64,000 nucleotides of DNA from Haliotis rufescens (GCF_023055435.1 NW_025963890.1:48174001-48238000), one strand, 5' to 3'. Numbered from the stretch's first letter, positions 53,001 through 64,000 are shown. Program-made: numbers and translations. The notes: generated by a model not told the origin, from the letters alone.

Positions 53001-53956
53001 AGAACATTATCGATTGCAACTTGAAACAATAGATACTATTGGCGATAGTTTGTCTAACTATCGATAGTTTCGATAGTTAATTTGTTTGGTACATTTACTT
53101 TCTTAAAAAACATAGAAACAACTCCTATGATCATCTAACCTCTGTCGTGCTTTCGTTTGGATTGCACTACTTTGTCTGCTTGATTTAGAGTTACGTCCCT
53201 TAGCTACTCGTCGCTAGGCAACTTTGACAAGTTGGCGGACGCCACATGTCAGTTTGAAATTGTCGCCAATAAGGCAGGCAAATCGTGGGTATGGGACCAT
53301 TTCGGCTTTGTCAAAACGCAAAACGAGACAGACAAGCAAAAGTAAGTTTTAGAATCTGTCGGATAATTCTAAAGTATTCAGGAAATACTACTAATCTGAC
53401 CGACCACTTGACAAGACGGCACCCAGATATTTGTCCACGTTAAAAAGGGGGATCAAATACTAGTCATTCAATCACATTCATTCACATTGGTGCTAAAACA
53501 CCTAAGACTTTACCAGTTACATGAAGTGAAATTTTGTATTTAAATGTTTTTGAGAGGTCAATTTGAACTTGTTTTCTTTTCATTTCTTGTTTTCTTTACA
53601 AATAGTATCAGAAAGTTATAATTATTTTGATGGTGTCAGTCAAAATGCTGAAATATATGCTGCTAAAGCCTGCTATAATTGCAAGTGAAAACTATAGCAA
53701 TAGTATCGCAATAGTAGGGCCACTATCGCAATAGTATCGCAATAGTAGGGCCACTATCGCAATAGTATCGCAATAGTTGTTTTAACTATCGCAATAGTAT
53801 CGCAATAGTCAAAAATGCCTCAGTAGTCACCCCTAGTATCTTTACATCAGTGTGGACATGACACCTTGAATCAATCAGTTTAATATGATTTTGTTTTTTA
53901 TTTACTTACAGGTGTGGGAAGAGGTAAAAGGTATTTTTGAGAAGATCCGCAGTTAA
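44002..53956 (+). CDS. CMPK1: UMP-CMP kinase, 6 exons, 195 aa (238 aa from the upstream in-frame ATG at 43873)
   Basis: Exons 44002-44085, 47776-47922, 48982-49119, 49752-49828, 51946-52042 and 53912-53956, with consistent phases. P-loop [15 protein letters not shown], plus [36 protein letters not shown] and [14 protein letters not shown]. Confidence 0.95.
44887..46980. repeat. ~2.1-kb minisatellite, ~33-39-bp units (~60 copies), CMPK1 intron 1
   Basis: Nearly invariant core CACTATCCAGATTGCTGGTACAT followed by one of a few recurring linkers (GAATTCCAAGGGGGTA, TCGAAAGGGGGTA, GAACTCGAGGCTA, GAGCTCCAGGGGATA, TCAAGGGGGTA). Confidence 0.95.
47100..47675. mobile_element. MULE-type MITE related to 18527-18892
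   Basis: Same TIRs (ATCTCATTAAAATC...GATTTTAATGAGATTG); more diverged, with a longer interior. Confidence 0.8.
47996..48345 (+). mobile_element. SINE family B, full length
   Basis: Highly similar to 6635-6985, with a (TCACC)n tail. Confidence 0.9.
49415..49690 (+). mobile_element. SINE family B, degenerate
   Basis: GCCTCCGTGGTCTAG...GATGGTACTTATTGTTACCCTG...TAGCACTATA. Confidence 0.75.
49961..50120. repeat. Long near-perfect palindrome (~77-bp arms, 3-nt loop)
   Basis: TAAGGATTGACTGTGTATTT...GTATGAATCCGC-ATA-GCGGATTCATAC...AAATACACAGTCAATGCTTA. Confidence 0.85.
50843..51585 (-). mobile_element. 5'-truncated L1/Tx1-clade LINE insertion
   Basis: ORF2 C-terminus with zf-RVT ([13 protein letters not shown]...[18 protein letters not shown]), intact to the stop at 51091. 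3' UTR, AATAAA, poly(A) tail and a 15-bp TSD ACACAACGAAAATTT. Confidence 0.92.
52095..52273. other. Assembly gap (N run)
   Basis: Run of N next to a (GT)-rich simple repeat. Confidence 0.98.
52566..52826 (+). mobile_element. SINE-like family D, full length, duplicated-hairpin subtype
   Basis: CCGTGAAGATCCGGGGTAGAAAAGGTCTTCAGCAACCAATGCTTGCCATAAAAGGCAACTATGCTTGTCTTAAGAGGCGACTAACGGGATC...(CAAA)n. Confidence 0.85.
52945..53835 (+). mobile_element. hAT deletion derivative with BED-finger remnant
   Basis: Termini TAGTGGTGTAAC / GTCACCCCTA and a perfect 8-bp TSD GTATCTTT. Remnant [10 protein letters not shown]...[23 protein letters not shown] (~53280-53425) and tandem TATCGCAATAG subterminal repeats. 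Confidence 0.88.
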
Positions 53957-54730
53957 AGTTGGCCTCCCACTGCTGTAGAATATATATATATCAAATGTTG
54001 GGAATCTGAAAGAGACAACTATTGAGGGTGCACTGTGAGAGCTGAGAATATAGGTATTAAGATACGACACCCCAACCATTGTATGTACTAAACAATTGTG
54101 AAAACTTCAATAGTTTTATCTTCTAAGGTGGATTGATACTGGTTTGTAACACAGAATGTATGTGATGATGTACAGATTATTTATCGCATTGAAATGTGAC
54201 AGTTTTAAGATGCACTGTAGAGGGTTCGGAACAGTTTTAATACAATTGAAGACATTTCATTATATCGACACAACTGACCATAGTGATAGGAGTAGGGACA
54301 TTTATGGCCAAAGATATTGTTGACTTTCCCTGGGCATTGTGGGCCACAGATTCGTTTAATTCACTGAAGGTAATCTGCACACACTGCTGTACTGTACTCA
54401 ACGCCAATAGAAACCCAATCATTAAAACATATATAGAATTAGGTACATTAAGGAGAGATGTTTCCAATGTGAACCACTAAATGACAAAACTAACAAACAG
54501 TCAAGTGTTACCATAGCGTGTCTTTATTCTTACCACAATATGCTGCATGTGATTTCCAAATTTTACACACTAATCCTGCACGAGACAAACAGTGGATTTT
54601 GAGTCATGGATCTGTGATGTCACATGTGATGCATGATGAGTGTCGGTTCACGCAACATAACAGTATGTTTGTTTGTGTATCAAGCCAATCTAATATCTCT
54701 TGAGTCTGAGTAATTCTTCATAAAGTAGCC

Positions 54731-55010
54731 GGGGGCACGGGTGGCCTACTCATCTAAGGTGCCGCGATTCACTGTGCAGAGTTGCGTCCCTTGGGCACGC
54801 CAGAAACCTATGATTGTGGGTTCGAATCCCTGTTCGCCCCGATTATGTTTCTAGGTTTGTCAGCACCATACCCGTGCTCGTGGGTTTCACCGAAGTGGTA
54901 AACGTCTGAGACCTGCATCACTTCGGGCTCTCCTCCCACATTAAGCTGACACGCAGTGATATAACTGGAATACTGTTAAAAGCGGCGTAAAACCCAACTC
55001 ACTCACTCAC
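54731..55010 (+). mobile_element. SINE family C, full length (long-variable-arm tRNA-like head)
   Basis: 13-bp TSD TCATAAAGTAGCC, A-box-like TGGCCTACTCATCTAAGG, B-box GGTTCGAATCCC, and an (ACTC)n tail. Confidence 0.9.
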
Positions 55011-55830
55011 TCATAAAGTAGCCAACATGTATGGAATACGTGTTTCTTTTGTTGGTGAGTATATTTCTCATGTAAAATGTTGAAAGTTGTGTGTAGAACA
55101 TCTACATTAGAGTCCGTTTCACTCCAAATGAGAATGATGAATTGCAAAATAACTCCCTGCGCTGTTCCTTCCACGGTTTGTCCCCCCACGTGTCATGTAC
55201 ACATTTCTATACAAAATTACATGATCGTTTCTTAAAGAACTTCATCCATCATGGGTCTTAAAATAAACAAAATTCAGATTTTGTTGGGTACAGGGTATTC
55301 ATGGTCAAGTACCGTATTGATGTTTCATACACTTTTCTGGATTTCGACTTATTTTGCACTTCATCGTTCTCATTTGGAATCAAACGGACTGTAGGTGTGA
55401 AGCTGATGTGTTATTAGACATGTTCAGTGATGCTCTTTTTCCTTTTTGGGACTTTGTGAGTCTCTGTTTGCATTCCTTCATCTTGGATAGTTTAGTTGCA
55501 CACAACAGATCATGAACTTATTACTTGTCCTTTGTACAGTGGAAGACTCTGTATTTGAACTCCTGCATGTGAAGCCTCAGGCCTATTTTAATGCCTAGTC
55601 CTTAAGGCGTTGATGGTCAGTTTGGGTAATAACCATTGTTTCATGTGAAGACTTTTGGTTCATATACCTCCAGATAGCTAAAAGTACAAGAAATAGTGTG
55701 TAAATAGTGAGATTTATTTGCAATGGTTTCAAAGCTTGACAAGAAGCACCTGTAATTTTATATTTAAAATTTATATAGACAAAAATGTTGCCAAACAAGC
55801 ATCAGTCTGTTTTGTCTTAGGTAATCATTT

Positions 55831-56199
55831 AGGCCAGGCTTTTTTTTATATTTAGGATTACGGATTTTTCAGCCCAAAGTCCAGGGTTAGAGGCGGGGGG
55901 GAAAAAAAGGAGCAAAATGCATATTTTTTTAATGCAGAATGCCTCTGGCATACCTTATGAACATATTCTATGCTCAAAAGACCGCCATTTGTGACGATAA
56001 AGCCCCTTGTAACAATACAAATTCCATCACTTACAGCATGGACAGTTGTCAAGGGAGGCAATAAATGATAACAAATAAAATAACTGACTACGCGGCTATC
56101 GGCAGGGGAAAAAAAGGGAAATCTGATTTATTCATTTTTACATTTTCTAAAAAATTAGTCTGCGGGTCCGTAATCCGAAAAATATAAAACGCCTGGCCT
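55831..56199. mobile_element. MITE with ~30-bp TIRs
   Basis: AGGCCAGGCTTTT...TAGGATTACGGA / TCCGTAATCCGAAAAATATAAAACGCCTGGCCT. Confidence 0.7.
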
Positions 56200-56383
56200 T
56201 ACTTTACTTTCTGACCAAGGTGAGGCAAGTCAATGTGCACACACTGTCCATCATGGCCTTCTAAAGCCCTGGTTAGTACGTACATGCCGCTGATCATGGG
56301 TTTTTCCAAAGTGGTAATTGTCTGCACCCTGTGTCTCCATTTTGCCAATATGCTGTGATATAACTGAAACTTTGTTCAGAGTG

Positions 56384-56625
56384 TTCGCTGTGCAGAGTTG
56401 TGTCCCTTGAGCATGCCTGAAATCTATGATTGTTGGTTCGAATCCTGGTTCGCCCTGTTTGTTTCTAGGTTTGTCAGCACCATACCCATGCTTGTGGGTT
56501 TCACCGAAGTGGTAAACGTCTGAGACCTGCATCACTTCGGGCTTTCCTCCCACATTAGGCTGACATGTAGTGATATAACTGGAATGCTGTTAAAAGCGGT
56601 GTAAACCCATCCCACTTACTCACTA
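56384..56625 (+). mobile_element. SINE family C, 5'-truncated, inserted in the tail of an older family-C copy
   Basis: TSD TGTTCAGAGTG. Decayed family-C sequence at ~56290-56380 continues at 56626-56657. Confidence 0.75.
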
Positions 56626-57474
56626 TGTTCAGAGTGGCGTTAAACCCAAACTCACTTCAGGTTCAAGAGACTATTCCACGGTACCTGCTTTGGTTAAGCT
56701 TATCTTTCCACAGGAATGTAATTTCTTCCAGTTTTTAAAAAAATTATTCTTATGGTTGTCAGGACTAGGCAAAGAGTTGACCTTTTTGTTGAAGTAGGGA
56801 TTGTGATACCGGTAGTTGGAATCAGGTTATTGATTGTGGTGATATCAACTAGGAAGTAAATACTTTGTTCCTGAACTGACAATGCTAGTGCAGTTTTCTC
56901 ATAACAGGTTTTATTTTATGATTTGTGTGTCATTTGTATTTTGCCAGGATTAAATGTTCACCTGATAGGAGATGAGCATTGCACTGTGGAGGTTAGTTTG
57001 TGGGGATAGATTTTGGTGTTTACGTGTGAAAGCAGGGTGTTTTTGTTCAGAGCACTTGGTTATGAACCAACCAGGATTTCACAATATATATATATAATGT
57101 TCACTATTAAATTTTTTAAGTCTTAACTTAAATTGGCAGATATGAGACCAGTTTTTCACTTCATTTCACCCTTCTTTAAAGAGGTCACATTCCAAGTTAA
57201 AGAAAAAATGTTTTGGAACCTTCTATAATTTCCGCCACTGACCAGAAAAAAACTCACCAAGTATTACAAGAAATAACACCTAGCTTTATAAGTGCTTGGC
57301 TCAAGCTGAATCTATACGTTGTTCAATCTTTGTCTGTGCAGTATTTATGGAGCATATCACCTTTATAGGATGTTTTGATGTTTACAGCTCTACACTTGTA
57401 AGGAGTCAAGTCAAACATGTGTAAAGATATCTGGTCCCTGAACATGACCAAGTGCATATGTTATTATTTACGCT

Positions 57475-57685
57475 TTGTTTGTTGTTTAACACCGCACTCA
57501 GCTATATTCCAGCTACATGACAGCGGTCTATAAATAATCGGATCCCGACCAGAAAATCAAGAAATTGACATCATGAGTGTCGATATACGCAATTGTGATA
57601 TGATGACATGCATGAACCAAGTCAGCGAGCCTGACCACCCGATCCCGTTGGTCACAAGACCAGTCTAACCCAGAATCTTCACAAG
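57475..57685 (-). mobile_element. SINE-like family D
   Basis: AACCAAGTCAGCGAGCCTGACCACCCGATCCCGTT and a (TTTG)n tail. A further fragment lies at ~58490-58605. Confidence 0.75.
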
Positions 57686-58914
57686 ACAATTATTTATGCA
57701 GTCAAAGTTTAACATTTAGCTTGGGACACAAGTGTAATGAACCACTTTTGTGGTTTTGTATTATGATAACAAACCCATTGTTATCATGGTTGCTTTAAGT
57801 TGACACCATCTTATCAAGATGTCTCAAAATAGATATTACATCACATACCCATTTCACTTTATCTTGGTGTAATTTGCATTACAAAAAGTATTTTTTCCAA
57901 TTGATCCAAAATGTTTTGATCAAGCCAGTTCCTTTATGAATGGATGTACATACAGTACTAACGATACATCACTTTCAGCAAGACAAAACATGATTGCAAA
58001 AAAAGAATTACGAGAAACAGTAATTCATTCTTTGTATGCCTAGACTTCTTTTGCATTATGTTTATCACCCAAAACCTTAATATAAAAAGTCGTCCGGAAA
58101 CCTTCCCATCAGATACTGAAGGTGAGGTTGGGTTGTATGATAAATAACAAGCAAGGAAAATACAATGGATCAATGGAGTGCAGACAATGTGTTTTTTGTA
58201 ACAATTTGTTATACATTTCACTAAAGATATTGTCAGAATGATTTGAAAACATTGTAACGGTGTTGGTCTGGTCTGTCAAAGTATATTTTATGGATGTTTA
58301 CTCATGATCATGCATACCATGACAGTGAATTACGATGTAGAATCATACTACATGGAAGTATTTGAAACAAAATAAATAAAAGGTATCAAGGTATACTGCT
58401 GTTGCTCATTTTTGGGAAAAGATTATTTTGTTGATTGGATTCACCTGGTATAAAGGATGTTCTATGAATTGCCCTCCCTCGACAAATACTCTGGACCTGT
58501 GATTGATATCATGAGCATCAATCTACACAATTGGGCTACAATGACATGCGTCAACCGCGTCAGCGAGCCTGACCACCCTATCCCATAACATGGGTTGCTG
58601 AAGACATGTCTAGAAAATGAAATAGACATCCATTCAAATTACTCTCGGACAGGAAGGAACAAGATGGGTCCAGGGTATTTATCACAATAGGTGGCATTAC
58701 CCATGTGGTTAGCATGGTTAGAAATAACCAACTTCATGAAAAATGTTTCTGCACTAGCAACAATCTATTGATGTGCACAGGTGTATCGTTTCCATTGGTG
58801 GAATGACAAACTAGAAACGACTTCACTGAACTTTGTCGACATTCGACCATTTGTAAGGTTCTGAGATGACAGTCATGATCAGTGCATTTTTCTAAGGGGA
58901 GCTCAAAAAGATGA

Positions 58915-59127
58915 TTGGTTGGTTTTATTGCCGCACTCAGCAATATTCCAGCGGTCTGTAAATAGAGTCTGGACCAGACAATCCAGTGATTGACATCACG
59001 AGCGTCTATCCACGCAATTGGGTTCGATGACATGCATCAACCAAGTCAGCGAGCCTGACCACCTGATCCCGTCAGTCACCTTTTACAGCAGGCATTGGTT
59101 GCTGAAGACCTATTCTTACCCGGATCT
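58915..59127 (-). mobile_element. SINE-like family D
   Basis: Reverse-complement head GATCCGGGTAAGAATAGGTCTTCAGCAACCAATGC plus the family body. Confidence 0.8.
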
Positions 59128-59468
59128 CAAAACAATGGGTAATAAAAGAAATTGTACTTGCATGTCCTACTGATTTTACAAAAGTGTAAGAATTCATGTA
59201 CTGATCTTGTAATAAAAATACAAGAATTCCAAGAATTTTGTAAACACCAGTATGTCCCTATAACACTCAAGTGTACTGAAACTGAAACTTGTGTACATCA
59301 TGTGCCCAGCTGTGGCTGCAATTCTATAAGTATATTACTGATAAGAGATAATACTGCACGTGTACCATACTGATATTTACAAAACAAGTTTTGGAATTGA
59401 ACTTGTATGGATATTTGTTCTGGTCTTGACTTATTTGTATAGTGCTAGCCCACTGATATCCATGTTGC

Positions 59469-59700
59469 ACCCACGAAGATCTGGAGTAGAATAGGTCTTC
59501 AGCAACCCATGCTTGCCATAAGAGGTGACTAAGAGGATCGGGTAGTCAGGCTCACTGACTTAGATGATGCATGTCGTCATATCCCAATTGCATGGATTGA
59601 TGCTCATGCTCATGATGTCAATCACTGGATTGTCTGGTCAAGACCCGATTACTTGTCATATAGCTGGAATATTGACGGGTGCAGCGTAAAACAACAAACA
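59469..59700 (+). mobile_element. SINE-like family D
   Basis: CCCACGAAGATCTGGAGTAGAATAGGTCTTCAGCAACCCATGCTTGCCATAAGAGGTGACTAA... Confidence 0.8.
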
Positions 59701-60318
59701 TGGAGCTGACCAGTTTGAGCCCCTTAACGAGTTCCAAGCAGGGTAACAAGTACCAATTTTAATGCATTTTGGTATGACACAGCCGGGAACTGTACCCTAT
59801 ACCTTTCAGACGCTCTACACACCATGGAGCAGTGACCCAAGAGTGCTTTGAACCATATTACAAAACAAAAATGCAACCCACATCACAGCATATATAAAAG
59901 ACACAACAAGAATGTGTTCATGAAAATTTATGTCATATATATCACATGCATGTTTGGTTCAACAAATGAGATGAATGTAAAAGATGTCCTAGAACAGGTT
60001 TGTTGAAATGATATGTTCTGTGCAACAAGACCATTATCAATGAAGTCAGTAGAAAGGTTACAGATACAGAATGGTAAATTCTAAAAGAAATATTCAGAAA
60101 ATGATGAAGTATGAATTAAGATGAACAGGATGCGTTAAAAATGTTTGATTTTACAACACATTGCCCCTCAACGGATGACCTGGTATTACACACTTGGCGG
60201 GAAACACAAATGTCTGCCATACTGGTACAACGCATCGTGCATTCAGGTTGTACCGTGTTATCCAGTGAAATGTTCAGCGTCCTGGCTAAAAATGTCAGCA
60301 CAATTCACGTCTCACATT

Positions 60319-60729
60319 TTAGTATTCTTGTGATTGGGATGACTTCTTTCCTTTGGCGGCAGCAGCTGCGGATTTCTTAGGCAACAACACGGCTTGGATG
60401 TTCGGCAACACGCCTCCCTGTGCGATGGTCACTCCAGAAAGAAGTTTGTTCAACTCTTCGTCATTTCGGATGGCCAGTTGAAGATGTCTCGGAATAATTC
60501 TGGATTTCTTGTTGTCACGAGCTGCATTTCCCGCCAATTCGAGAACTTCTGCCGCCAAATATTCAAGCACAGCCGACAGGTAAACTGGAGCACCAGCGCC
60601 AACACGTTCTGCATAATTTCCTTTTCTGAGCAATCTGTGGATTCTACCGACTGGAAACTGCAGTCCAGCCCTTGATGATCGGCTCTTTGCCTTTGCCTTC
60701 GTTTTTCCACCTATGCCACGGCCTGACAT
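60319..60729 (-). CDS. H2AX: Histone H2A.X, intronless, 136 aa
   Basis: Canonical H2A fold ([36 protein letters not shown]...) with an extended tail ending SSQSQEY*, the diagnostic SQ[E/D]Phi motif. Confidence 0.95.
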   Translation of the reverse strand: MSGRGIGGKTKAKAKSRSSRAGLQFPVGRIHRLLRKGNYAERVGAGAPVYLSAVLEYLAAEVLELAGNAARDNKKSRIIPRHLQLAIRNDEELNKLLSGVTIAQGGVLPNIQAVLLPKKSAAAAAKGKKSSQSQEY

Positions 60730-60789
60730 TTTTGTTTCAGAAATTATTTACGCTACTGTCACTGTCACGAATGGAGAGAGAATGATAGT

Positions 60790-60920
60790 AATATGGCGGG
60801 CGAATGTTGTATATATAGACCGGAAGTGGATCGAAATTTCACTTCCCCGCCGAAAAAACAGCCAATCATTTGCGAGAACCAGTGTTCCATAAACAGCTTC
60901 TAGCGCCATCTGGTGGTTAC
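60790..60920 (-). promoter_or_regulatory. H2A.X promoter
   Basis: TATATATA (~60810-60817), ETS-type CCGGAAGTG (~60820-60828), E2F-like TTTCGGCGGGGAA (~60843-60855), CCAAT (60862-60866), and CTCF-like CCACCAGATGGCGCTA (60901-60916). Confidence 0.65.
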
Positions 60921-61888
60921 CGTTCAGGGGCGACAACACATAACTAATTCATCTGACCTGCTCCGGGGACAGAAGAAATACTGAAAATATTGAATTGCAT
61001 GCTTTTGCGAAACATATGTTACATATTGTTGAAAAGTTTTTGTCTCTTATACTTCTTTTGTAAGTGAAGACAGATTCAACTTACGCGCTTACCTAGGATA
61101 TATATTTACATATAATTTTCTATATATAGATCTATTTATATGTAAATCAGAGTCCAGTACATACACATACCCACGTCTTTGCTGGAACCTTACATTGCAA
61201 AAGCGTGATAAGATATAGATAGCTATGGTGAAAACAATATATGTATCATACAGTGAGCTTTGTTAGTACGTTTAGGAATCTAATGATCAAAATAAGGCAG
61301 CGTCATTCTTTAACCATTTCTTTTCTCCAAGCCGCTTTTGATGGTGTTGCGTAAACATAGTAATGACGAAATTCGATCTCCGTAGATGAAATAACCGGAA
61401 ATTACATAACTAGCTATATCAAACGTGGCATGATCTTATTGTTTTGCATAACACGACACGCATCTGTAGAAAATCACGGAGGAGACACGGACTGAAAACA
61501 GGACCAGTCTTTTTGTATATGTCAGTCGCCTTGCTGAGAGCTTCGACTTTTTTTTATACAGTAAGCTGTTGGCTTTTTGTTCAGGAGTTTCTTTAGAGTT
61601 TGTTACAAACTAGAGAAGAATCCATCCAGTGTTTTATATAGCCATTATAAAATGCTATGTACCAATATAGAATAGCTATAGAAGGTTGTGGTTGTGAGAG
61701 AGGGGTTTCTCGCATGAAAGGGATAATTCGGAAATGGCTATGTTCAACAAGAAAACAAACTAATATAGATATATTTTGAGTTGGAATATTATGGGTGACA
61801 GAGATCTCCACGTGGCACAGAGACCATAACCGATGTAATTATGGTCTCTGCGCGTCGCACCAGTCGATCTCTATCCTCAAATTCATGA

Positions 61889-62020
61889 NNNNNNNNNNNN
61901 NNNNNNNNNNNNNNNNNNNNNNNNNNNNNNNNNNNNNNNNNNNNNNNNNNNNNNNNNNNNNNNNNNNNNNNNNNNNNNNNNNNNNNNNNNNNNNNNNNNN
62001 NNNNNNNNNNNNNNNNNNNN
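61889..62020. other. Assembly gap (N run)
   Basis: Run of N. Confidence 0.98.
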
Positions 62021-62152
62021 GTTGTTGGCTGCAAACGTATCTGAGAGAGGGTTTTGGAAGTTGGGACCTTTCTTTTCTTTTAAAAATGCTGGACCCGCCC
62101 TTGTACTGTGATATTTGAGCAGTTGGTTGTTTGCATGTTGTTGTTTTTATGT

Positions 62153-62213
62153 GGTGTGTGTGTGTGCGTGTGTGTGTGCGTGCGTGTTTTGTGTGTGTGT
62201 GTGTGTGTGTGTG
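62153..62213. repeat. (TG)n microsatellite
   Basis: Imperfect TG dinucleotide run. Confidence 0.9.
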
Positions 62214-62667
62214 TTATTGAACCTACAAGGAAAGCATGTGAAACTGCAAGTAAACATTTAATTTCGATCCTTTGTTGGTCGTCTGGCACGGAGTGTGTTC
62301 TTATCTTGGCCGTGGCCTGTTGCCTCACTAAATGATGTAGAGTACCAAATAGATAGATGCCTGCTGACTATCTCCATCAGTTTGTGTCCCTTAACTGTAG
62401 TAATCCGCCACGTCACATTTACCATGGTTGAATTGCAATTCGTATGACCAAGCTTTTGTTTTTTAAATCGATTGAGAGCTGAGGAGAACATTACAAACTA
62501 CTGTCTATAGGTACAGACTGTAGAAGTGAATCTTAAATTATTTCTCCTGCGGGTATCTGATCGCTGTATAAATGTTTGTAGTGTGTTGACGCCATACCTA
62601 TTACAAGCACATCCATTGCATTTTACCAATTACAAGTGGCATTTGACATGTTTTACTTGCCAATTAC

Positions 62668-62862
62668 GCCTAGTGAAGATCCGGATCATAGCACTGGTCT
62701 TCGGTAGGCCATGCTTGTCGCAAGAGGCGACTATAAAGTGCTCGGGTGGTCAGGATCGCTGACGTAGTTGATGTATGTCTTCGTATCGATGCTCGTGCTA
62801 TCACCCCCTGGATTGTCAGGTCCAGTATTTACAGACCGCGGCGTTAAACAACAAACAAGAAA
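62668..62862 (+). mobile_element. SINE-like family D, diverged
   Basis: GTGAAGATCCGG...GGTCTTCGG...CCATGCTTGTCGCAAGAGGCGACTA...GCGGCGTTAAACAACAAAC. Confidence 0.7.
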
Positions 62863-62966
62863 AACTTGGCAATTACAAATGTACTATCTATTCATATACT
62901 GGCGCCTACGTACTGCAGCAAATCTGTTCAAAGATGAAACAACGACACTGGGTTGGGACACGAGGA

Positions 62967-63128
62967 GTGAGTGAGTGAGTGTGGTTTTACGCTGCTTTTA
63001 GCAATATTCCAGCAATATCAGGGCGGGGGACACCAGAAATGGGCTTCACACATTGTACCCATGTCGGGAATCGAACCCGGGTTTTCGGCGTGACGAGCGA
63101 ACGCTTTAACCACCAGGCTACCCGACCG
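62967..63128 (-). mobile_element. SINE family A
   Basis: 8-bp TSD CACGAGGA, tRNA-like head, (ACTC)n tail. Confidence 0.88.
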
Positions 63129-63197
63129 CACGAGGACAATCACCTGGACATTGTAACCACCTAGTCATTGCAGGAGTCGTGGATAGGATGCATGGGG

Positions 63198-63540
63198 ACC
63201 TATTCTACCCGGGATCCCATACATGGGAACATTTTGTGTTAGTTCACCTATATTCTACCCCGGATCCCATACACGGGGACATTGAATATTAGTTCACCTA
63301 TTCTACCCGGGATCCCATACACGGGGACATTGAATATAAGTTCACCTATTCCACATTGGGATCCTATACACGGGGACGTTGTATATTAGTTCACCTATTC
63401 TACCCGGGATCCCATACACGGGGACATTGTATATTAGTTCACCTATTCCACATTGGGATCCCATACACGGGGACGTTGTATATTAGTTCACCTATTCCAC
63501 ATCGGGATCCTGTACACGGGGACATTTTGTGTTAATTCAC
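63198..63540. repeat. 48-bp minisatellite, ~7 copies
   Basis: Unit ACCTATTCTACCCGGGATCCCATACACGGGGACATTGTATATTAGTTC. Confidence 0.9.
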
Positions 63541-63777
63541 GTATTTGTGAAATAATTCTCATCTGAACAAGATGTGTGTTCACTATTCATTCCGTATTTT
63601 ATTTGTCCTGACTGTGCAAGGTGACACACTTACTACGCCCACGTCAACTGACGTCCGAGAAAGTTTTATTCCAATCACTCAAAACTCAATTCAACTTTTA
63701 TCATCTACAGCTAACACCTAATTACACAGAGCATTGTCTCAGTTTCACAAATGACACTGATTACAATGTGTACATCT

Positions 63778-63980
63778 GTTTGTTGTTTAACACCATACTC
63801 TGTAAATATTCGAGTCTGGACCAGACAATCAAGTGATTGACATCATGAGCATCGGCTCACACAATTGGGATACGATGACATGTATCAACCAAGTCAACGA
63901 GCCTGACCATTCTATGCGTTAGTCGCCGTTTACGGCAAGCATGGGTTACTGAAGTCCTATTCTACCCCGGTTGATCACAG
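63778..63980 (-). mobile_element. SINE-like family D
   Basis: Reverse-complement head CCGGGGTAGAATAGGACTTCAGTAACCCATGCTTGCCGTAAACGGCGACTAAC plus body and tail. Confidence 0.8.
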
Positions 63981-64000
63981 CCTGGAGCAACCATGTTGCT

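Noticed and set aside
60319-60729. Canonical replication-dependent H2A or processed pseudogene
   Set aside because: The SQEY tail, intact ORF and own TATA/CCAAT promoter indicate a functional H2A.X. There is no poly(A) tract or TSD.

Overview
AT-rich, intron-containing animal genomic DNA. The repeat landscape and protein divergence suggest a mollusc or other lophotrochozoan (inference). Five protein-coding genes were reconstructed by hand with GT-AG splice sites and consistent phases. TMEM69 (minus, runs off the left edge) is head-to-head with MED26 (plus, 3 coding exons, ~731 aa). STIL (minus, 16 coding exons, ~1388 aa) is head-to-head with CMPK1/UMP-CMP kinase (plus, 6 exons), the same arrangement as in vertebrates. 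An intronless histone H2A.X (minus) ends in SQEY. Introns and intergenic DNA carry four SINE-like families with related 3' tails, several MITEs and hAT/MULE derivatives, a decayed DIRS element, a young 5'-truncated L1/Tx1 LINE and four minisatellites. There are two N-gaps. The most unusual signal is the head of one SINE-like family: it is not tRNA-like, and it folds as a pseudoknot plus hairpin with compensatory changes between copies, making it a candidate structured or self-cleaving RNA. Other leads are a mitochondrial-presequence-like extension on CMPK1 directly behind a MULE end, a D-box instead of a KEN box in STIL, and a K5I change in H2A.X.
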